A program made the position numbers and the translations under genes. Below are positions 39,669 to 53,889 of a stretch of DNA of 64,000 bases, piece by piece. Positions within the stretch are counted from its first letter, which is position 1. Every line of letters starts with the position of its first letter. Source of the DNA: Camelus ferus (Eukaryota); the NCBI RefSeq assembly GCF_009834535.1, contig NC_045696.1:71860001-71924000 (forward strand), written 5' to 3'. The notes under the pieces are model-generated. The model did no database searches. It worked only from the letters and a program-made list of their open reading frames with translations, and was not told the origin of the DNA.

Positions 39669-39761
39669 TTGATGACACTTTCAATTCGCCAACTTGGAAG
39701 GAGGAGCAACAGAAAGTTTGAAATCGCCCACCAAAATGGACTTGAGAAATACATCTTGCAG
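39669..39761 (+). CDS. MCF2L2: MCF2L2 exon (~24): LMTLSIRQLGRRSNRKFEIAHQNGLEKYILQ
   Basis: caatag| and |gtaaaa; PH motif KFEI..YILQ; 93 nt. Confidence 0.95.
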
Positions 39762-39933
39762 GTAAAATTCATGCCTTCCCCCATAGGTGTCTTCTACTCT
39801 TTCCCTGTCATGTTCCATGACTCGACAAGTGTTTCCTAACTCATTCCAAAAGGCGCTCAGAGAATGAAAGTCCTGTCCAATTAATATTCCAGGTGATCTG
39901 ATACTCACAGTATTCTCTTATCTGTAATTGCAG

Positions 39934-40012
39934 GCAGCTTCAAAAGAAATCAGAGATTGTTGGTTTTCAGAAATAAGTAAATTATTGATGGAACAACAAA
40001 ACAATATTAAAG
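39934..40012 (+). CDS. MCF2L2: MCF2L2 exon (~25), PH C-terminal helix: AASKEIRDCWFSEISKLLMEQQNNIK
   Basis: ttgcag| and |gtaggg; conserved PH Trp; phase 0 to 1. Confidence 0.95.
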
Positions 40013-40329
40013 GTAGGGTTACCCCTGCTAACTTTAGTCTGGAGAGTTATACTGATTCCAGCTTTGTAGTGGGAATATTGTTAAAGAAAATGATTTGCCT
40101 GGAAAATAACTGTGGGCACATGTTCATAGTACCTGGAAGCACCTGTGCTTGCTTTAGATTGTGTGGGGGTTTTTGTGGTTGTGTGTATGTTTGTCCCTTT
40201 TAGTTGTTTCCCCCTCCACACACCTAATTGCTAAGATCAACTTTCTCAATCTAAAATCCCAAAGCCACCCAAGAAAATAGGCTGTTAATAGAGATTTAAA
40301 TGACTGATGTAACTTTTAGAAGCTGCACT

Positions 40330-41650
40330 ACTTTTTTAAGCTTGAGGCACAATTAATATACCATAAAATTCACTCTTAAAGTGTACAGTTCTTTGGGTTT
40401 TAGTCTAGTTCACAAGGATGTGCAACCATCACCACTGTCTAATTCCAGAACATACTCATTACCCACCCCCACAAAACCCCTGTGCCCGTCAGCAATCATT
40501 CCCCATCTTCTCCCCTGACTCCAGCCCCTGCCAAACTGCTTTCTGTCTCTATGGATTTTCTTATTTTGGACATTTTGTATAAATGGAATCATATAAAATG
40601 TGAGACTTTCTGTCTAGTTGTCTTTCACTCAGCATGATTTTTTTTTCAGTGTTCATCTGTGTTGTAGCATGTATCAGTAGTTCATTCCTTTCCATGGCTG
40701 AATAATAGTGCATTGTATAGATATACCACATTCGTTTATCCATTCTTCAGCTGATACACAGTTGGGTTGTTTCCACTTTGGAGATATTGTGAATAATGCT
40801 GCTGTGGAAACTGGTGTACAAGTTTTTCTGTGAACCTGTGTTTCCAATTCTCTGGCATAAACGGTAGATAGATGGATAGATAGATAGATAGATAGGATTA
40901 CTGAGCCATATGGTAACTTGATATTCTATATTAACTTTCTGAGGAATCTCCAAAGCCATAGCACCATTTCTTGTTTGCATCAGCAACAAGTTGTTAATAG
41001 TTCCATTTTCTTCTCTTCCTCACTGACGCTTGTTATTATCCTTTTTTTTAAATCATTATTATAGCTATCTTAGTGTTTGTGAAGTGGTAGCTCATTGTGG
41101 TTTTGATTTGCATTTCCAAAATGCTATTGATTTTGAACATCTTTTCATGTGTTTATTGGCCATTTGTATATTTTCTCTGAAGAGATGTCTAACTCCTTGC
41201 CCATTTTTAATTAGGTTATTTTTCTTTTTCTGGTTGAGTTATAAAAATTATTTATACATTCTAGATACTAGACTCTTATCAGATGTATGATTTGCAAATA
41301 TTTTTCCCGTTCTGTGGGTTGTCTTTTTTCACTTTCTTGATGATATATCTTTTGAAGCATAAAAGTTTTTAATATTTATGATTTTATCTATTTTTTCTTT
41401 GTTGTTTGTGTTTTGGCATCATATCTAAGAAACCATTGCCTAATCCAAGCTCAAAAAATTTACACGTGTGCTTTCTTCTAAGAATTTAGTTTTAACCTTT
41501 ACATTTAGGCCTTTGATACATTCTGAGTTAATTTTTGTACATGGTATGGATTAGAGGTAAATTCACTCTTTAACATGTGGCTATCCTGTTGTCCTTGAAA
41601 CATTTGTTGTAAAGACTATTCTTTCCCCTACTGAATGGTCTTGGCACAAG
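40330..41650 (-). mobile_element. Old L1 (L1MB-like) 3' portion
   Basis: Minus-strand ORF2 remnants (WYIYTM.YYSA) and L1 3' UTR. Confidence 0.85.
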
Positions 41651-41654
41651 TGAC

Positions 41655-42030
41655 ATAACAATGTTTGTTTTCTTCCAAAATTGGTATGTTGAAACTCTAT
41701 GCACCCCTCCAATGTAATGGAATTAGGAAGTGAAACCTTTGGGAGCTAGTGAGGAGTAGATGAGGTCATGAGGGTGGAGCCCTCATTAATGGGATTAGTG
41801 CCCTTGTAAATGCCACACAGCTTGCTTCCTCTCTCTGCTCTCTGGTATGTGAGGACACAATGAGAAGTCAACAACCTGCAGCCCAGAGGAGGGCTCTTAC
41901 CAGAACTCTACCTTGCTGGCACCCTCATCTCAGACTTCTAAACTCCAGAACTATGAGAAATAAGTTTCTGTTGTTTATAAGCTACCCAGTCTGTGATACT
42001 TTATCATAGCAGCCTAAACTGGCTAAGACA
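41655..42030 (+). mobile_element. MLT1A-type solo LTR nested in L1
   Basis: GATGAGGTCATGAGGGTGGAGCCCTCATTAATGGGATTAGTGCCCTT..GCAGCCTAAACTGGCTAAGACA. Confidence 0.85.
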
Positions 42031-42069
42031 GTACCCTACCCTAATAAAAATCAATTGGCCATGATGTAG

Positions 42070-44972
42070 AATTCTCAGTTGAGAGTCTTTCTCTTCAAGC
42101 ATTTTGAATATATCATCTGATTATTTTGTGGCCTCCATAGTTTCTAACAAGAAATCAAGTATGTATCTTATTTTAAGGATTTGTTGTATGTGACAAATTG
42201 CTTTTCTCTTGCTGCTTTCCAGATTTTCTCTTTGTTTTTTTGGTTTTTTTAATTAAAGGGTAATTGACCTACAACACTATGTTAGTTCCAGGTGCACAAC
42301 ATAGTGGTTTGATATTTCTATACATTACAAAATTATCACCATGATAATCCTAATAACCATCTGTCACCATACAAAGTTATTGCAAAGTATTGACTATATT
42401 TCCCATGCTGCACATCTCATCCCTATGACTAATTTATTTTGTAACTGGAAATTTGTACCTCTTAATATCCTTCACCTATCTTTCCTACCCCTGCCCACGT
42501 CTCCTCTGGCAATCACCTGTTTTTTCTCTGTATGTATAACTCTGTTTCTGTTTTGTTATGTTTGTTCATTTACTTATTTTTTAGATTCCACATATAAGTG
42601 ATATTATACAGTATTTTTGTATCTGTCTGATTTATTTTACTTACCATAAAACCCTCTATGTCCACCCATGTTGTCATAAATGGCAAGATTTCATCCTTTT
42701 TATGGCTGAATAATATTCTGTTGTATATATAAACCACATCTTTATCCATTCATCTATCAATTGACACTTAGGTTCCTTCCATATCTTGGCTGTTGTAAAT
42801 AATCCTGCAGTGAACATTGTGGTGCAGCCATCTTTTTGATTTAGTGTTTTTGTTTTCTTCAGATAAATACCCAAGTGTGGAATTGCTGAATTGTATGGTA
42901 GTTCTATTTTTAATTTTTTGAGGAAACTCCAGAATTCTTTTTTTCTTTTTTCTGGTCAGCTTGGTTGATTCCACTATTCTGTCTTGCAGTTTGCTGATCC
43001 ACTCATCTGTATCATCTAATCTACTGGGGTTTTTTTTTTTAACACCTTTGTTGTGGTATGATTCCTGTACAGTAAACTACACGTGTTCATCTCATCTACT
43101 GTCTATTCCTTCTAGAGTATTTTTTATTTCTGTTATTGTATTCTTCAGCTCTGCTTGGTTTTTCTTTATATTTTCTAACTCCTTTTAAATTTCTCCCTGT
43201 ATCTTTATGATCACTACCTTCAACTCTTTACTAACTAGATTGCTTATCTTCACTTTGCTTAGTTCTGGGGTTTTATCGTATTCCTTCATTTAGAGTATCT
43301 TCCTCTGTCCTCATTTTGCCTAATTCTCTGTTTTCATTTCTATGTATTCTAGGTAGGTCAATTTCATTTCCCAATGTTGGAGAAGTGGCCTTATGTAGGA
43401 GATGTTCTATGAGGCCCAACAGCACACTCCTCTTTGGTCACCAGAGTGATATGCTCTAGGGCTGCCTCCTGTATGGGCTGTGTGGACCCTTCTGTTGTGG
43501 TGGGGCTGACTACTGTAAGTGCATTTGCAGGCAGGGCTGGCCCTGATTCCAGTTGACTTCCAGGCTCTGCCTTGTGGAGGAGGCAGCCAGCTTGCTAGTA
43601 AGTGGAACTTTTAGGTCCTGATGCAGCTGGCTGCATGGCTCATAGGCGGGACTGGGTCCTGGTCCCTCTGGTAGGTAGGGCTAAGTCCCTGGGGGGCTCA
43701 GGGGGTCCTAGGGCAGCAGGCCTGCTGGTGGGTGGGGCTGTGTCCCAATACTAAGAATCTAGGGGGAGGATTCCAAAGTGGTACTTGCAATGAGCTCTCA
43801 AATATGGTTGCTGCCAGTATCTGTATCCCCAGAGGGAGTCCCAGTTGCCTCCTGCCTCTTTGGGAGGCTCTCCAAGATTAGCAAGTGGGTCTGACCCAGG
43901 CTTCTTTCAAATAACTGCTTCTGCCCTGGGTCTTGGAGCATGTGATATTTTGTGCATGCCCTTTAAGAGTGGAATCTCTGTTTCCTAGAGCCATCTGACT
44001 CTCCCCAAAGTAATCCCCACTGACCTTCAAAGCCAAATGTTCTAGGGGCTCATCTTCCTGGTGCAGGACCCCTAAGCTGGGGAGCCCAATATGAGACTTG
44101 TACCCCTTTCTCCTTGAGGAGAACGTCTGTAATGTGATTATCCTCCCATTTGTGGGTTGCCTACCCCAAGGGTACGGATTTTGACTATTCTGCTTCTCTG
44201 CCCCTCCTACCCTTCTCATTGTGGTTCCTTCTTTATATATTTAGATGTGGCAAATCTTTTCTGCTAATCTTCAGGTCATTCTAATCAATAATTGCTCTGT
44301 AAAATAGGTGTAATTATGGTGTACCTATGAAAGGAGGTGAAATCAGGGTTTTCCTACTCTGCCATCTTGGCTATGTCTCTTTGTATTTTGACAGTTTGAT
44401 TATTTTATGTGTAGGTGTGGATCTCTTCGAGTTTTTATTTCTTGGAGTTTGTAGATCATCTTGGATGTGTAGATTAGTGTTTTTCATCAACTTTTGAAGT
44501 CTCTTCCATTATTTCTTTAAGTATTCCTTTAACCTCTTTGTTTCTCTCCTCTGGACTCCCGTCATGTGTATGTTGATATGCTTGGTGGTATCCCACAAGT
44601 CTCTAAGGCTCTGTTCTTTTTTTTTTTTTTTCCCATTCTTTTTCTTTCTATTCCTTAAGCTGGATAGTTTCAATTGACCCATATCTAAGTTCTCTGATTC
44701 TTTCTTCTGCCTGCTGAAATCTGATATTGAGCCACTCTAGTGAATTTTTCAGTTCAATTCTTACACTTTTCAACTCAAAATAACTATTTGGCCCTTTTAA
44801 AATATAATTTCTATTTATATTCTCTTTGATGAAAGTTTTTTTTTCATACTTTCCTTTAGTTCCTAATATATAGTTTCCTTTCATTCTAAACATTTTTTAA
44901 ATAGATGATTTAAAGTCTTGGCCTAGGAAGTGCAATGTCTTGGCTTCCTCAGGGACAGTTTCTATTGACTGC

Positions 44973-45016
<44 letters not shown>

Positions 45017-46110
45017 ACGCGCACCATACTTCTTATTTCTCTGCATGTCTTATTACTTTTTTTTGAAAACTGGACATTTAAAATAACATAATGTGGCAAC
45101 TCCAGAAATCAGATTTTCCTCTATCTCCAGTATTTGTTGTTGTTACTGTTTGTTGTTTTGGTTTGCTTGTTTGTTTTAGTGACTTTTCTGAATTAATCCT
45201 ATAAAATCTATGTTCATTGTCGTGTGAGGCCGCTGAAGTCTCTACTCAGTTCATGACTGGGCAGAGATTTCCTTAAACATCTGAAACCAATAAATATTCC
45301 AGTCTTTGTTAAGAGTCTCTGTATGGATATTGGGGTATACCTTCCATACTTATCCAGACAATGACAGTTCCACCTTAGCCTTCATTTCCTGTTTGTGCAA
45401 AGCCTCAAGATCAGTGGAGGTGAGAACATAAGGCCTTCTCTTATCTTTCCTGAGCATGCACACAGCTCTGGGCATGTGCACAATGGCCTCCTAGATTCTC
45501 AGGAATATTTTGGAGTTCAAAGCCACTATGGATATCTTATTCTCAAGTATTTCCTTTTAAACTTTTTGATTAGCTTATTCTTGGGCCAGCTGTTATCCAA
45601 TGCCTCAGGCAGCCAAGAAGTTAAACAATTGTCTCTAGACATTTTCTACAATTGCTCCTGGGAAAAAGACTTTTCACATTGAGCAAGCTGTTTGTTAATG
45701 CTTAATAAAGACAGTCTTGCAAGTAGAGTATTCCAAGGAAACCCCAGATAAGTCAAATGATAGTTTTCTGGAAATGAGACTTTGAAGGATCTCCAACCCT
45801 GTTCTGCCCCCTCCTACAGCTGCCAATTTACTAATTTTCACCAGAATCTCAGGCTTTGGTTTCTAAGGCTACCGCCAAGAAGAAAAGGTAAGAAGGGAAA
45901 CTAAACACCTCAAAGCTCACTGGTCATACTGAGATTCATCCAGTCTTCTTGAATTAATGTTCTCCTGATTGCTGTAAGCCACTGTTTAATTTCTGGTGTT
46001 TTGAAAATATTGTATCTGACTATTTTTGCCAGTTTTTTCCATTCTTTCATGGAGAGAATTTTTGGGTTTTTTTTTTTCCCTGCACCATTTTCACAGATGT
46101 CACTCAATGT
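42070..46110 (-). mobile_element. Composite nested L1 fragments (3' end at ~42245-42935; 5' UTR/ORF1 remnants beyond)
   Basis: ORF2 end (EWIKMWFIYTTEYYSAIK), ORF1-like coiled coil (ELKNSLEWLNIRFQQAEERIREL) and GCCATCTTGG 5' signature near 44361. Confidence 0.75.
44974..45015. repeat. (TG)n microsatellite
   Basis: Seen directly. Confidence 0.95.
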
Positions 46111-46807
46111 ATTTCTTTTAAAAATTAGAAATCATCTTTGAGTAGGCTCTGCCCTTTCACGTTTGTCTTTTCAATTGATATTAGATAGGAAAATTTACAT
46201 TCTTAATCATCTGAGTTCTAATATTTCCTTCAGGTAGTGTTGCTGGTGTTAAGAAATGCTAGTCGCATGTGGAAAATCTATCTCCTATGATTTATACTAG
46301 CCATAGTTTATATTGTTTAGTAAGAAAAATTATATAAATATGAAAAGATAACTTTGTCTTCAGAGTCTTAGCAGGAATGCAACCATTTCACACTTTTTCT
46401 GTATCTTCTCTGATCACTAACTGATCAGGAGGATGTGAGGGTGGGTGTGCATCATAAGATGTGGAAAAAGTTAAACTAAGAGGCGTGATTGGAAAACCAC
46501 TACATCAGCTTTTGGTTACAACCAAGTATCATAAGTTCTTAATTTAAACTCTAGGCCTCTGCCAGGAAATAGAAACAAGATCATATAATTGATTTTCAAC
46601 TTCTGTAAAGGTAAGATGGGGAAAAACTGATTTAGTTTCGCTTTTGAACTATTAATAGTATGCTAAAATTATGTTACAGTAATTAACTATGAGTGCTCTG
46701 GGAGCATAGTACAGAAAGATATAACAACCCTAGTAGAAAAAGTTACTTGTCCCAAGAAACAAACGTTCTAATCACAAGATTGTTCTAGAAATCCTTACTC
46801 CCTAGAC

Positions 46808-46950
46808 CAGAGTTTCATAAATGGTGGTTCAGGGACAACCTGTATTGGAATTACTTGAAGAGCTTATTACAAATGCAAATTTCTGGGTCCTACCCTAGAA
46901 CTGTAGAATTAGGATAGCTACAGCTAATGCCTGGAAATATGCATTTTAGC
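46808..46950. mobile_element. MER5-like hAT DNA transposon remnant
   Basis: GAGCTTATTACAAATGCAAATTTCTGGGTCCTACCCTAGA..TGCATTTTA. Confidence 0.6.
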
Positions 46951-46989
46951 TTATTAAAGTTTCTGGACTTAAACTACTATTTTAAAAAT

Positions 46990-48580
46990 AGCCTTATTGA
47001 AAAAACACAGCTTTATTGAGTTATAATTGACATAATAAATTATATATATTTAAAGTTTACAATTTGTTGAGTTTTGACATATTTACACACCTGTGAAAGC
47101 ATCACCACAATCAAGATAATGAACACTTCTTCACCCTCAAAATTTTCCTCATGTCCCTTTTTATTACCTATCTCTTGCCCCATCCTCACTCCCCACTACT
47201 CTCCAGATGATCACTGATTTTTCTGTCATAATAGATTAATTTGATTTTTTTTAGAATTCCATAAAGAAATCATATAGCATGTGCTTTTACTGGTCTGGTT
47301 TCTCTACCATAGCATCATTTTTTTCAGATTTAATCATTCATGTTGCTTTGTGCAGCAATAATACATTCCTTTTAGTTGCTGTGTGGCATTCCATTGTTTG
47401 GATATACCCTCAGTTTACTTATCCATTTACCTGTTAATATACATTTGGTTTGTTTCCACTTTTGAGGGGCTATTCTGAATAATGCTGCTATGAACATTTG
47501 AGTACAAACCTTTTTGTGGACATACGTTTTCATTTCTCTTGAGTAAATACCTAAAAGTGTAATGATTAGGCCATATAACAGGTGCATGCTTAACTTCTAA
47601 TGAAATTAAAAGCTATTTCCAATGTGGTTATACCATCTTATACTCCCACAGCAGTGTATGAAAGCTCCACTTGCTCCGCATCCTCACCAACACGTGGTAT
47701 TGTCAGTCTTTTTAACTTTAAGCTTTCTAATAGGTGCATAGTGGCATGTTACTGAGGTTTTAATTTGCTTTTCCCTAGTGACTAATGCTTGAGCATCTGT
47801 TTGTGTGCTTCTTTGCCATCCACATATCTTCTTTGGTGAAGGGTCTGTTCAAATCTTTTGTTTCTTGTTTCCTTATTATTTAGTTTTGAGAGTTTCTTTA
47901 ATATATTTCAAATAAAAGTCCTTTATTAGACATATGCTTTGCAAATATTTTCTTTCAGTATGTGGCTTAGTTTTTCATTCTCCTAAGAGTATCTTCTGAT
48001 GAGCAGAAGATTTTAATTTTTATGAAATCCAACTTTTTTAAAATTATGGATCATACTGTTGGTGTTATACCTAAGAAATATTTGTCAAAAGGTCACAAAG
48101 ATTTTCTCCTATGTTTTCTCCTAGATGTTTTATAGTTTAAGTTTCACATTTAGGTCTCTGATCCATTCTGAGGGGTTTTTTTCATGGTATACGGTATGAA
48201 GTGTCGATCAGAGTTCAGTTTTGTGCACATTAATGGTTGTTGTACCACCATTTGTTGAAAAGACTCTTCTTCCTCCAGTTGACTATTTACATCAGTGCAT
48301 CTATTCCTGGATGTTCTATTGTGTTCAATTGATCTGTTTCTCTGTCTTGACATCAGTACCTCACTATCTTGATTACTGTAGCTTTATAATGTTTTTAAAT
48401 CAGATTGAGTCCTTCAACATTGTTCTTCCTTTTTAAAGTTATAAAATCCTTTACAGTTCTGTATGTATTTTAGAATCAGCTTGTCTATTTCTGTAAGAGA
48501 GCTTGCTGGGATTTCATTTGGAATTGTGTAAAATCTATACATTAATTTGGTGAGAACTGACACCTTAACAATATTGAGCT
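46990..48580 (-). mobile_element. Old L1 (L1MC/MD-like) 3' portion
   Basis: CAGCTTTATTGAGTTATAATTGACATA tail; ORF2 remnant LLGIYSREMKTYVHKK..MFIAALF. Confidence 0.85.
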
Positions 48581-50347
48581 TAGTCTACCGTCTAGATTTT
48601 AACTAGATCACCTTGCCCTTCCCTGCGCCACAGAAAAACACTTTATGAGGTCATAGTATTTATTCAGTTAATAATTCAGAAACACATTTCTCAAGAGTTC
48701 CTCAAGTCCTAGCACTATGCGTGCTAGGTTTTGACAGGAATGTAAAATACAGATAAGCAGAACCAGACCCTAGCATATAATTTAGATTAAAAAACTAAAA
48801 CCATATTGAACTGGAAGACAGGCCCAGGGTGTGGTCCCAGCTTCTGCCTTCTACAGACAGGCAAGCAGAAGGTAAATTTTACACAACTTTTCAGCAGCAG
48901 AGCCAAGTCCCCTGAGCCTGTCTCACAAGCAGTGTCTGATGAAATGTCATGGTGAGTGATGCCAACAGCAAGGCTCTCAGAATTCAGAGGGGCCTCAGAG
49001 CCCCATGGGTGAGTAAGCAGGAGTGGGGCCCTTGGCTGATGAGACTCCAGGGCAGAACGCAGACTCGGGGGCATCAGGCAACAGGGGAGAGAGGTTTCAA
49101 AGGTTGCCAAACCAGGACCACCAGGACCTTATGCCTGTCGAGCACTTTACACAGCTCTGACACACACGGCATTGTTACCCCAGTTCTTCCTACACTGCCC
49201 CACACCACCTTTAACCTGGGGCTGCTGGGCATGAAAACTCCATGCACACTGGCAAGGCACATGGGACCCCGGTGACAGGGGCCTCTCAGGTGGCAGGAAC
49301 GGCACCGGTGCCACTGAGGGGTGTGGAGACAGGGCCTCTGGAGACAGCCAGGCAGAAGGGCCCTTGTGCCCAGAGGGACTTACAGAGTCAGAGGGTCTTG
49401 GCAGAAAAGAGGAGTGTAACCCCATGTGTAGGACACAGCAGTGCAAGTCAAGGAGGGTGGCAGGTACTGCGGTTGGGGACAGTCTTCACTTGTGGCCTGA
49501 CCACCTGTGACCAGGAGGTCTAGAGAGACTGGGGGATGATCAGGCTCCTGGGGAGGGACTCTAGGGGCAGGCAGCTCTGCAGGGGCTGCACGGTGTGTGG
49601 ACACAAGGCACAGCCCTGGTCCTGGCAGAGACCAGAGCACGAGGTGGGAAATCCAGGCTGCAGGCTCATCCCAGCAACTGGGCAACTTGTGCCTGTCACA
49701 TGGGTAACAAAAGTGGACCTAGGAGCTCTTGAAAATCACCATGCTGCCTCCAAGCGAGCATGTTCAGTTGTGACTTGGAGCCTGGCTTCAGAGCTTCATG
49801 GGTAGAGTGGAAGGAAATGAGATTGAGAGAGAAGGAGGTAAGCCTCAAATATCAGGCTGAGACATTTGATCTTAATGCTGCTGTAGGCAATGGGGCCACT
49901 GGGGGCTGAGACCTGGGGCTGTTCTCACAGCTGGGACAACACCTGAACAAAGGATGTGATTCTTATCACTGTTTGAGAGATTCATGATCCTTCTCTCACC
50001 AAGTCATGTAATTGGGCTCTGGTGGGAAAAATGAGCACTTCATGGGCACATTGTTTATTCCTTAATTCAGTGCTCATGGAGCTAACTATGGAAACTTGGA
50101 TGGACTAAGAATCAAGGCGCACAGGAGATGCAGCAGGATGGGAAAGAAGTGGGGGAGGATGCCAGGGCCAAGTGAGCTGGGACTGCAGAAACATTTTCCA
50201 AATTGCTGGGGAAGTAAGACCAAGATCTACACACTATCATGTATTTTTGTAGTGTTCTGTGTTTGTATGTGTGTATAAAATCAGCGTGTGCAATCTATTC
50301 CAATTGGCTTATGTTTCAGAATGCTGATCTTTTTTTTTAAATTTCAG

Positions 50348-50383
50348 CCCAAGGGAGTCTACAGTTTGAAAAGCAAGCACTAG
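50348..50383 (+). CDS. MCF2L2: MCF2L2 exon (~26): (A)QGSLQFEKQAL; 36 nt, ends in phase 1
   Basis: tttcag| and a weak |gtgtat donor; resembles recalled human DQGNPQFEMSTS but appears 2 nt longer. Confidence 0.75.
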   Translation, partial: PKGVYSLKSKH

Positions 50384-51871
50384 GTGTATACTGATTTTTT
50401 CTTAAAAAGGTGTCAAATGTTACAGATAGTTCCTGTTAATTCTACATGATCACTTTCATTGATTTTCTTCAACATTTAGCTTATTACAAGGGATTTCCAA
50501 TTAAATTTTCATTTAATTTAAATTAATTTTTCTAATTAAAAAATATTAGCTCCCCGCCCCCACTGCCAGCCTAGGGTATCTTTCCTAATACTTAGTTGCT
50601 CTGTTGCAGTTGAGTCATGCCTGCCATCTTGAAACCTCCCAGACTTGCCCTTGCTTCTGACTGTTTTCTGGAACTTTCCTATGAGAACCTCCAGTTCTAC
50701 TCTTGTTTTCACCAGACTTTCCTGCCTCCTACTTTGCTGAGTAGGCAAAGTTACCCTCTGATGTTAACTCGTTCAGCTTCCCTTACTCCACTAGGAACAC
50801 TCCTGATCATCATTCTCTCTCCGTTCCTCCTTGTCTGGAGGAAGATGCACTCACACATCTTTCAGGGTCAAGTCCTCATTTGTGCTCCTTACCCCACCTG
50901 CTCCTGCTCACTTAGGAACTCTCCATCTGTAATTCCTCTCCCTGTCCAAGGCACTCAGGACGTACCCAAAAAGTGCTTGTTGAATACACCTGGAGACTGT
51001 GATCCAGTTCTGGTAGAGCCTGCTTAGTTTTTTAGGCTCATTTGGCCTGTTCCTAATAGAGGCACCCCGGGCCCTAAAACAAATCTGGTAGTGATGGGAA
51101 GGGGTGAAGGCTCTGGTAGAAGCTGAGTCTCCCCTCCTTCTCTCTCATCCACGCTCTTAAGGAGGACCCTATCACAGTATTTAACTTGCTATATTATAAT
51201 TTTACAATGTGCTTTAGTTTTTCTCCCAGCTAGATCTGGAATTTCCTCTACAGCATAGAGGTTGTCTTATTGGTTTTACCTCCCTGCAGGCCTCATATCA
51301 TACAAAGGCCTGGCACTTGGTACTCGGTAAATGTTTAGTGAATAAACAAATAAAAGAACTCATTGCCTGATCCCATCAGACTAGCAAACCACTCTGCAAG
51401 CGGAGCTAGGAGGTGAGGTTTAGCTCAGGGCGCATCTTATTCATCTCAGACCTCCAGTGCCTAGTAAGTGCCTATTTGTGGAGCTCATCTAACCCAAAGG
51501 AGTTACTATAATAGCTGGCACTTCAGGACGGAGAAGAGGGCAGGAGGGAGCTATTGTGAGCCAATGAAATAGCTTTGGAGACAATGAAGGGGATTCCATC
51601 TCCTCACCTCTCTCACTTTAAGATTCGCAGCCAGTTAGGTGCTAAGATAACCCAGCAGGTGGTAGCCCTTGAATGTTCTTTTGCTGAATGTCATCCAGAG
51701 ACCTGGGGCACGTCTTAGACCACAGGTGGAGGAGGAGGATGAAGCAGGCCCACGAGGCTTTAGCTGGGGATAATCTGGTGTGAGCCAGCGCCATTCCAAC
51801 TAGTATAGGGAGGAAGGCACATATGTGCCCTCCTTTCCAGTGGTTCAACGTTCATGTGTATTTCTCTAAAG

Positions 51872-51965
51872 CAAAGACAATGAAGTGGAATTTGTACCCT
51901 GGACTGAAAATATGAAAAGAGCTACCAGGAGCAAAGACCCAGTCCCCAGCCATGTAGGACTCAAG
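51872..51965 (+). CDS. MCF2L2: MCF2L2 exon (~27) homolog: KDNEVEFVPWTENMKRATRSKDPVPSHVGLK; frame-incompatible with its neighbours
   Basis: ctaaag| and |gtagga; similar to recalled human GPWIKNMERATTSKEDP; phase 2 to 0, whereas neighbours need 1 and 1. Confidence 0.6.
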
Positions 51966-53304
51966 GTAGGATCCAATGGGAGAGTGGGGTATGAAAGCAG
52001 GGGGGTGATACCAGCTCTGCTAAGAAGCTGAGGAAGACATTGCCCGAGTCTCAGCCCTTCCTTAATTATGTGAGTGAGAAGAAAGGTATAAAATTGATTT
52101 CCTGCTATTTATTTGGGTGGATCCAACTAGACCAGAATGAAAATGAAGGGCAAATGTTTCACACTGAGAACTTTGTCCTCTTAAGGAAATGGTTGTAGGG
52201 ATCAGAGCATTGCCAGAATGTCTCCGTTTTGGAATAAAGGCACTGGATGGTGGCACTATGTTTCTTGATCTATCCAGGAGTTAGGGATTTCACCTCCTCC
52301 CAAAGCTCTCCTTGGAAAGATTAGTAGCACGTGATCAGGGGCTTCTCCATAAGACTCAGCACTAACTTCCTTGTGTGTCCATTTTCTGGAAGGCAGAATT
52401 AGGCATGGGATCAAAAAGGTAACAAATTTTTATATTTTGTATTTTAATGACATGATAGATTATTTGTTTATGGGGCTTGAATGTGCTCTTTCTGTTGTCA
52501 TCTTTTCTTTCCTTGACTATTTAAACTAAAGATAATCGTTTCCAAAGACCTACTTTATGCTTTTATCACTCACTGCCCATAATTGAAGTCTCTGGAACTT
52601 AGCATTTGAGATTTTTGGTTTTAGATTATCATGTGATTGGTTTGGTGGAACATAAAATATGTCTTCAGGCATATACTTTATTTGGAAAGGGCCTCTGAAA
52701 AGAGTTTTACTTCAAAATACACTTATTTAGCACATATAGAGCACAAAAAGTCATTAAGGAAACATACACAGACAGACCCCTACTCCAGCGCAAGGCTAAC
52801 TGGTGTGTGTTTCTCCTTCGGACTTCTAGAGCCTTGGATGCTAATGAGCATGAAATGGCTAATTAACAGCAAGACAGCCATGTAATTAAGAAATTGAATT
52901 TTCAGTATTAGTCAGCAACTACTAATGACAATGCTATTTAATAAGGCAGTTATTTTCAGTTAGGGTGTAAATGTGTGTTATAAAATTTTGTATTTGAAAA
53001 ATGAAATATGACCCATTTTCTTCTTAGTACAGACCAGGAAAAGTAAGGCTTGAGAAAAATTGTGGCTGGTGAGAGTTCATAGAATATAGTCCTTAAATTT
53101 TCTTTGCATGATAAAGCTTATCCTTCTATGTAACAGAATCTCTGGGAGGTAAGAAATTTTTTTGTTTTGTTTTCCTGTGGAGATTTTGTGTTGGCTTGTT
53201 AAAAAAGAAAAGATAAAACCAGATTTTCCAACTTCTAAATAACTGGCTTTATCCCTCAGTACTGTCCCTTGATCAAGTCATAGCTCAGCTTCTCCCTTAA
53301 CAGA

Positions 53305-53875
53305 TGACTTGCAAACTATAGTACATCCATACAGTGGGCTATTATTCAGCAACAAAAAGAAATAAGCTATCAAACCATGAAAAGATATGGAGGAAATTTA
53401 AATGCATATTGCTAAGTGAAAGAAGCCAGTCTGAAAAGGCTACACACTGTATGATTCCAACTATATGACACTCTGGAAAAGAGAAAACTAGAGAGACAGT
53501 AAAAAGATCAGTAGTTACTAGGGGTTCAGGGTAGGAGGTGGGAAATGCATGGGTGGAGCACAGGAGATTTTTAGGTGGTGAAATTGTTCTGTACAATATT
53601 ATACTGGTAGATACATGACATCACGCATCTATCAAAACCCATAGAACTGTACAATACAAAGAGTGAACCCTCATGTAAGCTATGGACTTTAGTTAATAAT
53701 AGCATATCCATATTTGTTTATCAATTGTTACAAATGTACCATAATGTTAATAAGAGAAACTGTGGGGGGAGAGTGATGAAGGGTCTTATGGAAACTCTCT
53801 GCACTTTCTGCTCAGTTTTTCTGTAAACATAAAACTGCTCTAAAAATAAAATCTATTAACTTTTTTAATTTCAAA
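53305..53875 (+). mobile_element. Old L1 (L1MC-like) 3' UTR
   Basis: GCTAAGTGAAAGAAGCCAGTCTGAAAAGGCTACACACTGTATGATTCC..AAACTGCTCTAAAAATAAA. Confidence 0.85.
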
Positions 53876-53889
53876 AAACCCACACACAG

